A stretch of 64,000 bases of DNA from Fimbriimonadales bacterium (GCA_051003155.1 JBPCLO010000006.1:33704-97703), one strand, 5' to 3'. Shown: positions 49,226 through 57,898, counted from the first letter of the stretch. Numbers and translations: made by a program. The notes: generated from the letters alone by a model not told the origin.

Positions 49226-50368
49226 ATGTCGCACCTTCATTTATTTACGAGCGAGAGTGTTAGCGAGGGGCACCCCGATAAGCTCGCCGATCAGATTTCC
49301 GACGCCATTCTCGACGAGTGCCTTGCCGGCGACCCTTCCAGCCGAGCGGCCGTTGAAACCCTATTAGGCAAGGGTTTTGCCGTCATTACGGGCGAAGTCA
49401 AGACCGAGGTCTACGTCGAGATCGGTGATGTGGTGCGCGACACGATTCTGGAAGTCGGCTACAACGACATCTATTTCGGCATGGACGGGCGGACCTGCGG
49501 TGTGCTCGTTGCGCTGAATAAGCAATCGCCGGACATCGCGCAGGGCGTGGATACCGGTGGCGCCGGCGACCAGGGCATGATGTTCGGATACGCCACCGAC
49601 GAAACGCCGGAAATGATGCCGATGCCGCTCGCCATGGCGCACGCAATGATGCGCCAGCAAGCCGAGATCAAGCGAACGAAGCAATCGTTGGGCCTCAGGC
49701 CGGATGCAAAGGCCCAGGTAACCGTCGGATACGACAACGGTGTCCCGAAAGAGGTCGAGACGATCGTCTGCTCAGTCCAGCACGACGAGCATCTGAGCCA
49801 CGACGAAGTCAAAGAACGGGTTCAGGAGCATATCATCCAGCCGGTGCTAAAGAAGTACAGCGAAGTGATCGCCATCGCCCCGGACGTCAAGTACCACATC
49901 AACCCGACCGGCAAGTTCACCCTCGGCGGGCCCGAAGCGGACAGCGGTCTCACCGGCCGCAAGATCATCGTGGATACGTATGGCGGCTTTTGTCCGCACG
50001 GCGGTGGCGCCTTCAGCGGCAAGGATCCGACGAAGGTCGACCGCAGCGCAGCCTACATGGCGCGCCACGTGGCGAAGTGCATCGTCGCCGCGGGGCTCGC
50101 AAAGCGGGCGCAGGTGAGCCTCGCCTACGCGATCGGCGTTGCGGAGCCCGTTCAGGTCGCCGTGGATACATTCGGTACCAGCGAGAAGTCCGAAGAGGAA
50201 ATCGAGTGCATCATCAAAGCGGAGTTCCCCTTCAGCCCGCGAGGAATCACCGACCACCTCGGCCTCCGAGCACCCGGCATGCGCTACAAGCCGACTGCCA
50301 AGAACGGCCACTTCGGCAACCCTGACTTCCCATGGGAGAAGACTGACGCCGCAGAACGGTTGAAATAA
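49226..50368 (+). CDS. metK: S-adenosylmethionine synthetase
   Basis: FTSESVSEGHPDK, GAGDQG, GLTGRKIIVDTYGG, GGGAFSGKDPTKVDRS. Confidence 0.98.
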   Translation: MSHLHLFTSESVSEGHPDKLADQISDAILDECLAGDPSSRAAVETLLGKGFAVITGEVKTEVYVEIGDVVRDTILEVGYNDIYFGMDGRTCGVLVALNKQSPDIAQGVDTGGAGDQGMMFGYATDETPEMMPMPLAMAHAMMRQQAEIKRTKQSLGLRPDAKAQVTVGYDNGVPKEVETIVCSVQHDEHLSHDEVKERVQEHIIQPVLKKYSEVIAIAPDVKYHINPTGKFTLGGPEADSGLTGRKIIVDTYGGFCPHGGGAFSGKDPTKVDRSAAYMARHVAKCIVAAGLAKRAQVSLAYAIGVAEPVQVAVDTFGTSEKSEEEIECIIKAEFPFSPRGITDHLGLRAPGMRYKPTAKNGHFGNPDFPWEKTDAAERLK

Positions 50369-50458
50369 GACTTCCACGATCTCTCCTTAGTAATTCTTCA
50401 GTTCCGGCCCTTCCTTGGTAACACGGCAGGACGCTACTTTGTCTAAGTTGACAAGGAG

Positions 50459-51421
50459 ATGCAAATGAAGCTTTTCTCGATTTGTACTGTTTCAGCCGTA
50501 GGAGCATGCGCGATTGGACTTGTCTACGCGCCGCCCAAGGAATCGGATACCATGCTGCCAACGGCGCCAGCTAAAGTAGTCCTGGCTGGGGTCACTTGGG
50601 AGAGTTCCCTCGCAGAGTCGCTCGTCCGCGCTAACCGTGAGAACAAGCCGGTGCTCCACCTGCAAATGTTCGGCAGGCTCGACGATGCCCTGTGCTGAAC
50701 GAATGCGCGTACGCTGAGGGCCGTGTTGCTCTCCGATCCGCAGTTTGTAGAGTTTCTAAAGAATGACGTGATCACATCTTGGGAGACGGTTCGCGAGCCC
50801 GTCCGGGTGACACTCGATATGGGTGACGGACGTACCATGCGGCGGACGATCGGTGGGAATACAGTGATGTACGTCGTGGCGAAAACCGGCGGGGTTGTCG
50901 ACGCCTTTCCGGGCGTGTATCTGCCGAAGGATGTGCTTCCTGACATGGTCGCAGCCGTCTCTATGGCGGACCAAGACCCGAGGTTTTGGCGTGAGTATCA
51001 CCGAGTCGGTGCGACAAAGAGCAAGCTTGAGCGATTGTGGATCAGCACGAGCAAGACGGGCGTTGAAGCCCCTATTCTCGACGGCCTGAAGCTTCCCATG
51101 CCCACCGTCGAGAGTCGAATCGTCGATGACAGCCACAACCCGTACACAGGCGCCGAGGTAAGGCAAAGATTGGGCGTGCCCTCCGGTATGACCAGTTCCG
51201 AAGCCGGGACGCTCGCTGTCCAAAGGGATTCCCACAACAATCGCGAGAAATTGCGGCCGCTGGTTCACGAGGTGATGAGACGGTGGTGGAACAATCGGCC
51301 AGAAGACTTCACGAGGACTCTGTTCAAGGACCTCCTCGGCGTGCCGCTTGACGATCCGGATTTAGGGCTGACGAGTGTCGTGACGCCCGGAACGCCCGGG
51401 GCAATGCGTGTCGGGCGCTGA
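50459..51421 (+). CDS. Selenoprotein-N-like thioredoxin-fold protein with in-frame UGA at 50696-50698 (putative Sec)
   Basis: ORFs 50459-50698 and 50723-51421 are in the same frame; read-through gives KPVLHLQMFGRLDDALC-U-TNARTLRAVLLSDPQFVEFLKNDVITSW. Confidence 0.75.
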
Positions 51422-51422
51422 T

Positions 51423-51525
51423 TGTGCATAACCTGTGGATGCCTTGTTGGAGTCGCTTGACCGTGGCTAAAGAACCTAAAAAAGGCCGATTTGCCCTTGC
51501 ATATGGGGCATTTATCTGATACTAT
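51423..51525 (+). promoter_or_regulatory. Regulatory block of ncRNA copy B: two DnaA-box-like sites, conserved motif and promoter
   Basis: TGTGCATAA (51423-51431), TGTGGATGC (51434-51442), CCGTGGCTAAAGAACC (51461-51476), -35 TTGCAT (51497-51502), 17-nt spacer, -10 TACTAT (51520-51525). Confidence 0.75.
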
Positions 51526-51532
51526 ATTCGAC

Positions 51533-51723
51533 AGAGGTTTCTGCTGAACCGAGACGACCGAAAGGCCGTACTCCACGCAAACAGTAGCCGCAGTCACCGG
51601 GCAACCGGAGACTAAGACGAATTTTGCTGGAGCAGGGCTGGACGAAAGTTCACTCCTCTCACTTGATCGACTTGTCTTTTCGAGTCGTGAAAAGTGAATT
51701 TTCTCGGAACGGCAAGAGCCTCT
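51533..51723 (+). ncRNA. Unidentified structured ncRNA, copy B (about 191 nt, five-way junction)
   Basis: Terminal stem AGAGGUUUCUGCUG/CGGCAAGAGCCUCU plus CCGAGA/UCUCGG; hairpins capped by GAAA, GCAA and GAAA; paralog at 22927-23092. Confidence 0.8.
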
Positions 51724-52131
51724 ATTTCTTTGTGTCGGTGAGGGCGGGCGTCTCGGCGGGAGTCAAGAGTATTTCCACCGGTTCGCCCGGATTATTGCTC
51801 CGAATCCGAAACTCCGCACTCGAAATGTCGAGGATGTCCACTTTGTAGGCTGCGGACTCCTCGACCATTGTGAACACGACGCCGTCGTATTTCCATGTGC
51901 CCAGAGCGGGTTTGCCGTTGGGCGAGGTGATGACAAGCGAGCCGTCCGACAAAAGACGTAAAGGGTCCCCGGCTCCACGGCCGAAGAATCCTTGACCTTC
52001 CAGACGCGGTTGACGAAGCCAACGGGTATGTCCGCTGCCGGCGCCCCGGGAGCAGCGGCCTCCGGGACGCACCCTGCTGTCAGAAACGGAAATGCGGCGA
52101 GCAACAACAATCGAGCTACGAGCGACTTCAT
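51722..52131 (-). pseudogene. Lipoprotein gene split by a frameshift at a T4 run (51951-51954)
   Basis: Lipobox LTAGC; ...PGTLYVF continues in another frame as LSDGSLVITSPNGKPALGTWKY; may be an assembly indel. Confidence 0.7.
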
Positions 52132-53192
52132 CCTTTAAGGAACCTCTTTGAAACGACGGTTGCAGGCTGGGGTTGGTCCCTAACCATCACATCACAAGGC
52201 TGGTTTAGCACCGCGTGTTCCTTGCCCAGGAATGCGAACGCGATCCCGGCATCCAGCATCGGCGAAAAGACGCCACTCGACACAGTGCCGATCTGCGCTC
52301 CGTCGCGCATAACCGGATAGTCCTCTCTGGGGATCATTTTCGAGTCCATCAAGATGCCGACGAGCTTCCTGGGCGGCCCATGCGCGCGCATGCGGTTGAT
52401 CTCATCGGAGCCGATATATGTTTTCTCCTTCCCGCAGACCCATCCAAGTCCGGATTCGATCGGATTGATCTGGTCGCTGAGCTCGTGGCCGTAAAGCGGC
52501 AGGCCCGCCTCCACGCGCAAGACATCGCGCGCCGCAAGGCCGCAGGAGGTCACGCCTGCTGCCAGTAAAGCATCCCAGAGCTGCTCGGCGAACTCGGCGG
52601 GTGCGATCAGCTCGAAACCGTCCTCCCCCGTATATCCGGTTCTGGCCGCGAAGACCTCGGTGCCTGCAATGTGGCGGAGGGTGCCGCTGAATTTCGGAGT
52701 TTCCGTCACGTCCTCGTCGCAGAGCCTGTCGACGATATCGACGGCTCTCGGCCCTTGAACGGCGATCATTACCGTGGCGAATGTCTCCTCGGTGATGTCG
52801 ACGCCTTTATCGTTGTTGGAGCGCATCCATTCGAGGTCCTTTTCGCGGTTCGATGCGTTAATCACCATCCGAAATACTCCATCGCTGATCTTGTAAACGA
52901 TGATGTCGTCTACGCATGTGCCGTTCGGATAGCAAAGCAGCGAGTACTGCGACACGCCGTTGGCCAGCTTGGCGACATCGTTGGTCGTGACGTTTTCGAG
53001 GAACTCCTGAGCCCGCTCGCCCCGGTGCCAGGTCCTCCCCATATGTGAGACGTCGAACATTCCGGCGGTCTCGCGGACCGCCCTGCTCTCGGCGATGATC
53101 CCCTCGTACTGCACCGGCATCTCCCAGCCGGCGAAGTCGACGAGCTTCGCGTTGAGGGCCTTGTGAACCGAGTGCAGGGGTGTGACGAGCAT
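52128..53192 (-). CDS. gcvT: Glycine cleavage system T protein
   Basis: FAGWEMPVQY, FDVSHMG, RTGYTGEDGFE, RDVLRVEAGLPLYG. Confidence 0.96.
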   Translation of the reverse strand: MLVTPLHSVHKALNAKLVDFAGWEMPVQYEGIIAESRAVRETAGMFDVSHMGRTWHRGERAQEFLENVTTNDVAKLANGVSQYSLLCYPNGTCVDDIIVYKISDGVFRMVINASNREKDLEWMRSNNDKGVDITEETFATVMIAVQGPRAVDIVDRLCDEDVTETPKFSGTLRHIAGTEVFAARTGYTGEDGFELIAPAEFAEQLWDALLAAGVTSCGLAARDVLRVEAGLPLYGHELSDQINPIESGLGWVCGKEKTYIGSDEINRMRAHGPPRKLVGILMDSKMIPREDYPVMRDGAQIGTVSSGVFSPMLDAGIAFAFLGKEHAVLNQPCDVMVRDQPQPATVVSKRFLKG

Positions 53193-53202
53193 GCAGGCGA
53201 GT

Positions 53203-54006
53203 TTACTCACTCAGCGCATCGGGCAAAGACCATCCGTTTCGTTCCAAGAACGCCTGTGCTTCGTCGCGCGACACCGCTCTCTCTTGCATGACAATGCCGA
53301 TTGCGCGTTCCCGGAGCTTCTCGTTTGCCGGCCGCATGTGCGACATCATATTGCCCTTAACCAAGCCAGCGAGGACCATCGCGCCGGTGCTGATCGTATT
53401 CAATGCGATCTTTTGAGCGGTGCCGCCTTTCATCCTCGTCGACCCGGCGATGACCTCCGGGCCGGTGTCGAGAAGCACCGGGGTGTCGACGAGATCAAAC
53501 AATGTCGCCCCAGGGTTGTTCGCTATTCCGACGGTCTTGATGCCGCGAGCCTTCGCAGCTTGGATGACGGCAAGAACATACGGTGTCGAGCCGCTCGCCG
53601 AGATCCCGATCACGATATGTCCGCCATCGCCGATTTCTTCTATAAGTTCCCCGAAGTCTTGGGCGGCTTGGTCTCGGTCGTCTTCCGCGCCTTCTTTCGC
53701 CTGAGTTATGGCTCCGCCGGCCGCCAACGTAAGGAATCGGTTTGGATCTACGCCGAAAGTAGGCGGCATTTCGGCGGCGTCGGCTCCCGCGATCCTCGCG
53801 CTCGTTCCGGCTCCGACATAGATGATTCTGCCGCCTTCCTTGAACGCCTTAGCAACCGATTTCATCGCGGTTCCTAAGGCTTCGGTCGCCCTCGCGACGG
53901 CTTCGGATGCCTGCGCATTGTCTTCGACGATCAGTTGGGCGATTTGAACTGGGCTCATCGTGTCGATCGCCGCGCTCTTTGGGTTTCGCTCTTCAGTTCG
54001 CCTCAC
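53203..54006 (-). CDS. murQ: N-acetylmuramic acid 6-phosphate etherase
   Basis: TEERNP, GAGTSAR, DAAEMPPTFG, GPEVIAGSTRMKGGTAQK. Confidence 0.93.
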   Translation of the reverse strand: MRRTEERNPKSAAIDTMSPVQIAQLIVEDNAQASEAVARATEALGTAMKSVAKAFKEGGRIIYVGAGTSARIAGADAAEMPPTFGVDPNRFLTLAAGGAITQAKEGAEDDRDQAAQDFGELIEEIGDGGHIVIGISASGSTPYVLAVIQAAKARGIKTVGIANNPGATLFDLVDTPVLLDTGPEVIAGSTRMKGGTAQKIALNTISTGAMVLAGLVKGNMMSHMRPANEKLRERAIGIVMQERAVSRDEAQAFLERNGWSLPDALSE

Positions 54007-54890
54007 AGGAGCCTCCTCGCAATCTCGGCTGCGCCATAGACGGGGGCAGGCGGGTCGAAGTCCACCAAGATGTCGTCTACCTTGCACCAGAAGCCGAGCC
54101 GTTCGGCGAAGATGTCCCGGAAGACGTCGCTCGACCAAAGACCGCCCTGGCAGCAGATCCTCGCGCTATTTAGGTCAGGGTGATACTGGCGCAGGTGTTG
54201 CGACACCACGTGGGCGAGCTTCGACGTGTGAATACGAAGGCTCTTAAGCGCGTAAAGAGTGCCCCGCCGAGCGTCTTCGGCGAACGGTTCGGCGAGACCC
54301 GCGATCCTTCTTGCCTTGTCGTCGGCCGCGTACACGGCAATGATGACCTCGCCCTTCTTCGCGCTGCCGAAGGCCGAGGTAACCCCCTCTACCAACGGGG
54401 GCGATATGTCGTCGGGAGGGCCGTCGAGAAAATGAAGCAGCGCGTCGCGGCCATATTGAAACGCGCTTCCTTCATCTCCAAGGAGGTATCCCCGACCACC
54501 GGAACGATGAAGCGCTCCATTTGTACCGTAGCTGCAAACGAGGCTTCCCGTGCCAGCCAAAACGCAGACGTCGATGCCATCACCGCACGCGACGAGTGCC
54601 GCTTCGAAATCCGGAACAGCTGTAATCGGGGCTCGCGGGAAGAATGGTTGCAAGAACGCCTCCGCTGCTTTCTTTTGATTATCCGTGATGAGGCCCGCGA
54701 ACGCGCCGCAGACGGCTGCCGCTTCGGGGCACCCTACGAGGGCGGCCGTAATGCTCTTGCGCGTCAGCTCGTTCGGCGAAGAACTGAGGTTAGACGGCCC
54801 GCCGAGGCCGGTCCATACGGGTTTCCCCTGCTCGACGAGCACGGCCCTTGTGGTCGAACCACCGCAGTCGATGCCCAAAACACGCCACAT
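54003..54890 (-). CDS. BadF/BadG-type N-acetylglucosamine/MurNAc kinase
   Basis: GIDCGGSTT, LAGTGS, GGRGYLLGDEGS; adjacent to murQ. Confidence 0.88.
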   Translation of the reverse strand: MWRVLGIDCGGSTTRAVLVEQGKPVWTGLGGPSNLSSSPNELTRKSITAALVGCPEAAAVCGAFAGLITDNQKKAAEAFLQPFFPRAPITAVPDFEAALVACGDGIDVCVLAGTGSLVCSYGTNGALHRSGGRGYLLGDEGSAFQYGRDALLHFLDGPPDDISPPLVEGVTSAFGSAKKGEVIIAVYAADDKARRIAGLAEPFAEDARRGTLYALKSLRIHTSKLAHVVSQHLRQYHPDLNSARICCQGGLWSSDVFRDIFAERLGFWCKVDDILVDFDPPAPVYGAAEIARRLL

Positions 54891-54911
54891 GCTTCATTAT
54901 TGCCCACGAGT

Positions 54912-55820
54912 ATGAATCCATTCGCTATCGCGATCATGGGGCCGACGGCGTCGGGCAAGTCAGACGCAGCTGAGGAGCTGGCGTCCCTCTTCGGGTCGCG
55001 AATCGTCAACGCGGACGCGTTCCAGGTCTACCGTGGGTTCAACATCGGTACCAACAAGCCGGCCAATCGTGAGAGGTATGACCTGATCGACATTCTCGAC
55101 CCGGGCGATAGCTTTTCGGCAGGGCAGTTCGTGAGCCTGGCGAGGCCGATCTGTGCCGAGTATGGGGCGGAACGTCGCCATTCGGTTGTCTGCGGAGGCA
55201 CGGGACTCTACGTTCGCGCCCTGTTCGATGAGTTCTCGGAGATGTCCGGCCATTCGGAGAAACTGCGCGAGAAGTTGCGCGCAGATTTAGAGCACCTTGG
55301 ACCTGATGCCTTGCTCACAAGCGTTGGAATAGGTGTCGGCGAACCGAGCCAGGCGACGAAGACCAACCCCGTCCGGCTATTAAGATACATTGAAAAGCGG
55401 CTGGACCCTCGGGCACCATCGCAAGCCTCTTCGCCCTGGCAGGCGCGCCGGCTCAAGTTCGGTCTGCGTTGGGACAGGCGGGCCTTGGCCGAGAGAATCG
55501 ACAAAAGGGTACGTGTGATGGTGCACAATGGGTGGAGGTTCGAGGTCGAGCGGTTGCTCGACAGTGGCGTCCAGGAGCACTGGCCTGTTTTTCGCGCGAT
55601 CGGATATCGCGAGATGGCCAATTGTGTCCGGGGTGACATTTCGATAGACTCGGCAGTGGAGAGGATACGTATTCGCACTAGGCAATACGCGAAAAGACAG
55701 ATGACATGGCTGGCAAAAGAGCGGGGACTGCGTTGGTTGGACGGGTCGTCCTCCGCATCCCAGATCGCCGGCCAGATTGTAGACATTAGCCGGGAGGAGC
55801 AAGATGGCGAAGTCGATTAA
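54912..55820 (+). CDS. miaA: tRNA dimethylallyltransferase
   Basis: [39 protein letters not shown]. Confidence 0.95.
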   Translation: MNPFAIAIMGPTASGKSDAAEELASLFGSRIVNADAFQVYRGFNIGTNKPANRERYDLIDILDPGDSFSAGQFVSLARPICAEYGAERRHSVVCGGTGLYVRALFDEFSEMSGHSEKLREKLRADLEHLGPDALLTSVGIGVGEPSQATKTNPVRLLRYIEKRLDPRAPSQASSPWQARRLKFGLRWDRRALAERIDKRVRVMVHNGWRFEVERLLDSGVQEHWPVFRAIGYREMANCVRGDISIDSAVERIRIRTRQYAKRQMTWLAKERGLRWLDGSSSASQIAGQIVDISREEQDGEVD

Positions 55821-56052
55821 CCTTCAGGACATGTTCCTGAATCAAGTCAGAAGAGAGGAGGTTTCGGTCACGATTTTCTTGGCGGGAGGCGTGCAGCTCA
55901 GCGGGCTTGTGCGCGGATTCGACGCTTTTACGGTCATGCTGGAGAGCGCGGGTAAACCGACGCAACTCGTCTATAAGCACGCGATGTCTTCGATCGTCCC
56001 TGCCACGCCTATCCAGACATACAAGCCGGGGCGCGACGAGAATGACCATTGA
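55804..56052 (+). CDS. hfq: RNA chaperone Hfq
   Basis: [11 protein letters not shown]....[13 protein letters not shown]; follows miaA. Confidence 0.95.
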   Translation: MAKSINLQDMFLNQVRREEVSVTIFLAGGVQLSGLVRGFDAFTVMLESAGKPTQLVYKHAMSSIVPATPIQTYKPGRDENDH

Positions 56053-56876
56053 TGCTTCAATTCACCAAGCTGCATGGCTTGGGCAATGACTTCGTAATGG
56101 TCGACGCCATACAACAGACGATGCCGGCAGATATCAAACAGCTTGCGGTCGAGATGAACGACCGACGTTTCGGTGTCGGTGGGGATGGCCTCATCTTGGT
56201 TCTCAAAGGGCAAAATGCCCCATTCAAAATGCGGATGCTAAATCCGGACGGCTCCGAATCGGAGATGTGTGGCAACGGAATCCGATGCTTTGCGAAGTAC
56301 GTTCGTGACCGCGGACTGACGGATGTCGAAGTTATACAGGTCGAGACCGGGGCGGGGGTGCTGGAGCTGACGATCCAGGGCGAGGGCGTACGCGCAAACA
56401 TGGGGAGGGCCAAGCTCCTTCGAGGCGAAATTCCGATGGCCGGGATCGCAAACGAACCCGCCAAAGCCTTCGATTTCGAAGCCGCGGGCCAGAATTTCGC
56501 GGGCACCGCCGTTTCGATCGGGAACCCGCATTGCGTGATTTTCGTTCCCGATGCGGCCGCCGTGCCGCTAGAAAAATGGGGCTCCGCTGTCGAGCATCAC
56601 TCGTTATTCCCGAATCGGGTGAACACCCATTTCGTCCAAGTGGTATCGCCCGTAGAGCTGATTCAGCGAACCTGGGAGCGCGGCGCTGGCGCGACCCTCG
56701 CCTGCGGCACCGGGGCTTGTGCCTCGCTTGTTGCCGCGTTCACAAACGGCCTCGCCGGGCGCAAGGTCACGGTACATCTACCCGGCGGAGACTTGGAGAT
56801 CGAGTATGCCGAGGACGGCACGGTTTATATGACCGGCCCGGCTGAAACCGTTTTCGACGGCAATTGGGAAGCGTAG
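56052..56876 (+). CDS. dapF: Diaminopimelate epimerase
   Basis: FTKLHGLGNDF, EMCGNG, GNPHCV, WERGAGATLACGTG. Confidence 0.96.
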   Translation: MLQFTKLHGLGNDFVMVDAIQQTMPADIKQLAVEMNDRRFGVGGDGLILVLKGQNAPFKMRMLNPDGSESEMCGNGIRCFAKYVRDRGLTDVEVIQVETGAGVLELTIQGEGVRANMGRAKLLRGEIPMAGIANEPAKAFDFEAAGQNFAGTAVSIGNPHCVIFVPDAAAVPLEKWGSAVEHHSLFPNRVNTHFVQVVSPVELIQRTWERGAGATLACGTGACASLVAAFTNGLAGRKVTVHLPGGDLEIEYAEDGTVYMTGPAETVFDGNWEA

Positions 56877-56941
56877 CGCTGGCATTCGGCCGGCGCCCTA
56901 TTCGATGGGGAAGACTTTTGCTGGCAAGATGCTTGCGCTAC
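56873..56941. repeat. Inverted doublet of GTAG REP-like elements
   Basis: GTAGCGCTGGCATTCGGCCGGC ... CTGGCAAGATGCTTGCGCTAC, between convergent genes and overlapping both stop codons. Confidence 0.55.
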
Positions 56942-57441
56942 GATGCCGCGTACCCGAAGTACACGAACCAGACGGAATAGCTTGCCAAGTTCGCCACCAC
57001 GGTTGCGCGCAACACCCGATGCTCACTGATAAGCTTTCTGCGAAGCCAAACGAACTCGAATGCGATGCTTACGAACATGCAAAGGAAGCCGAGCAACTGA
57101 AGTCCCCAAAACGCGTGGGCCGGGTTCTCTGAGCCGGAGAACATCATCATCACGCCGATCACTCCCTTCCATGGATCACCCATGCTCCGCATTGCAGACT
57201 CGAGGGGGAGCATGAGGAGCCAGGGCAGAGCAAACAAGATCGGCAGACCCACCAAAGAGGAGAGAAGGTTGGCCAGGAGGACAGGTGGAACTGCATTGCG
57301 GAAGCGCATCCGTGTAACGAATGCCACAATCCACGCCTCCCCAAGGAAGGCGAGAGCGCAAAACCAAATCGCCATGAGCGGCCAGATTACAAACGCAGTG
57401 GGCAGCGCAACGTTGGAGAGCATGTTTACATCGTGGGGCAC
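56938..57441 (-). CDS. Integral membrane hypothetical protein
   Basis: Four hydrophobic segments with repeated E...ANL.S motifs. Confidence 0.7.
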   Translation of the reverse strand: MPHDVNMLSNVALPTAFVIWPLMAIWFCALAFLGEAWIVAFVTRMRFRNAVPPVLLANLLSSLVGLPILFALPWLLMLPLESAMRSMGDPWKGVIGVMMMFSGSENPAHAFWGLQLLGFLCMFVSIAFEFVWLRRKLISEHRVLRATVVANLASYSVWFVYFGYAAS

Positions 57442-57456
57442 AAGCTCGGATGTGCC

Positions 57457-57673
57457 CTAATTCAGGTATTCGAGTCGAAGGCCAGTATACTTAGCCATAC
57501 GCGCAAGCAATACGCGGACCAATTTCCTCCGAATCCCCGAAAGCAAATACATAGTCAGGGCGCCCAGATTGGGCAAGCGTTTTATGCGAGCCTCGCTGGC
57601 GTTTCACAGTCCATCCAAGTTGGAGGAGTGCGCGCAATACGTGTTTTCCCTTTGCGGAGCCCCACTGGCTGAC
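57457..57673 (-). pseudogene. hicA: HicA toxin pseudogene (start codon lost, +1 frameshift)
   Basis: VSQWGSAKGKHVLRALLQLGWTVKRQRGSHKTL...PDYVFAF...EEIGPR, then frame change to LARMAKYTGL. Confidence 0.85.
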
Positions 57674-57876
57674 GCGGCCAGGAACACGACTGACTCGGGC
57701 GCGACGGCGATCTCACCGTTCTCAAGGCGGTCGGCCAGCACCTGAAGGGCTAAAGCGGTGGCGCGGGAGACAGCCCGCTCCTTCGTTTCGCCATAGCATA
57801 AGACGCCCGGCAGATCCGGTACCTCGGCGATCCAGCGGCCGTCGGCTTCCCGTTCGGTCTCAATTCGGAATTCCAT
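57604..57876 (-). CDS. hicB: HicB-family antitoxin, extended by loss of its stop codon
   Basis: EREADGRWIAEVPDLPGVLCYGET; expected stop at 57670-57672 reads TCA. Confidence 0.88.
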   Translation of the reverse strand: MEFRIETEREADGRWIAEVPDLPGVLCYGETKERAVSRATALALQVLADRLENGEIAVAPESVVFLAASASGAPQRENTYCAHSSNLDGL

Positions 57877-57898
57877 TACTGCTATTGTAGCGCCGGTG

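Noticed and set aside
49200..49230. SAM riboswitch upstream of metK
   Set aside because: Only 18 nt separate scoB and metK; the gene looks leaderless.
51533..51723. Lysine riboswitch (AGAGG start, five-way junction, loop E)
   Set aside because: AGAGG is paired in the terminal stem, no L2-L3 kissing or K-turn pattern was seen, and there is no downstream co-oriented gene.
51945..51960. Programmed frameshift in the lipoprotein gene
   Set aside because: A T4 run with no canonical slippery heptamer or stimulator; a simple indel or assembly error is more likely.
54180..54911. N-terminal fusion on MiaA (546-aa ORF)
   Set aside because: The extension is antisense to the kinase gene; MiaA similarity begins at ATG 54912.
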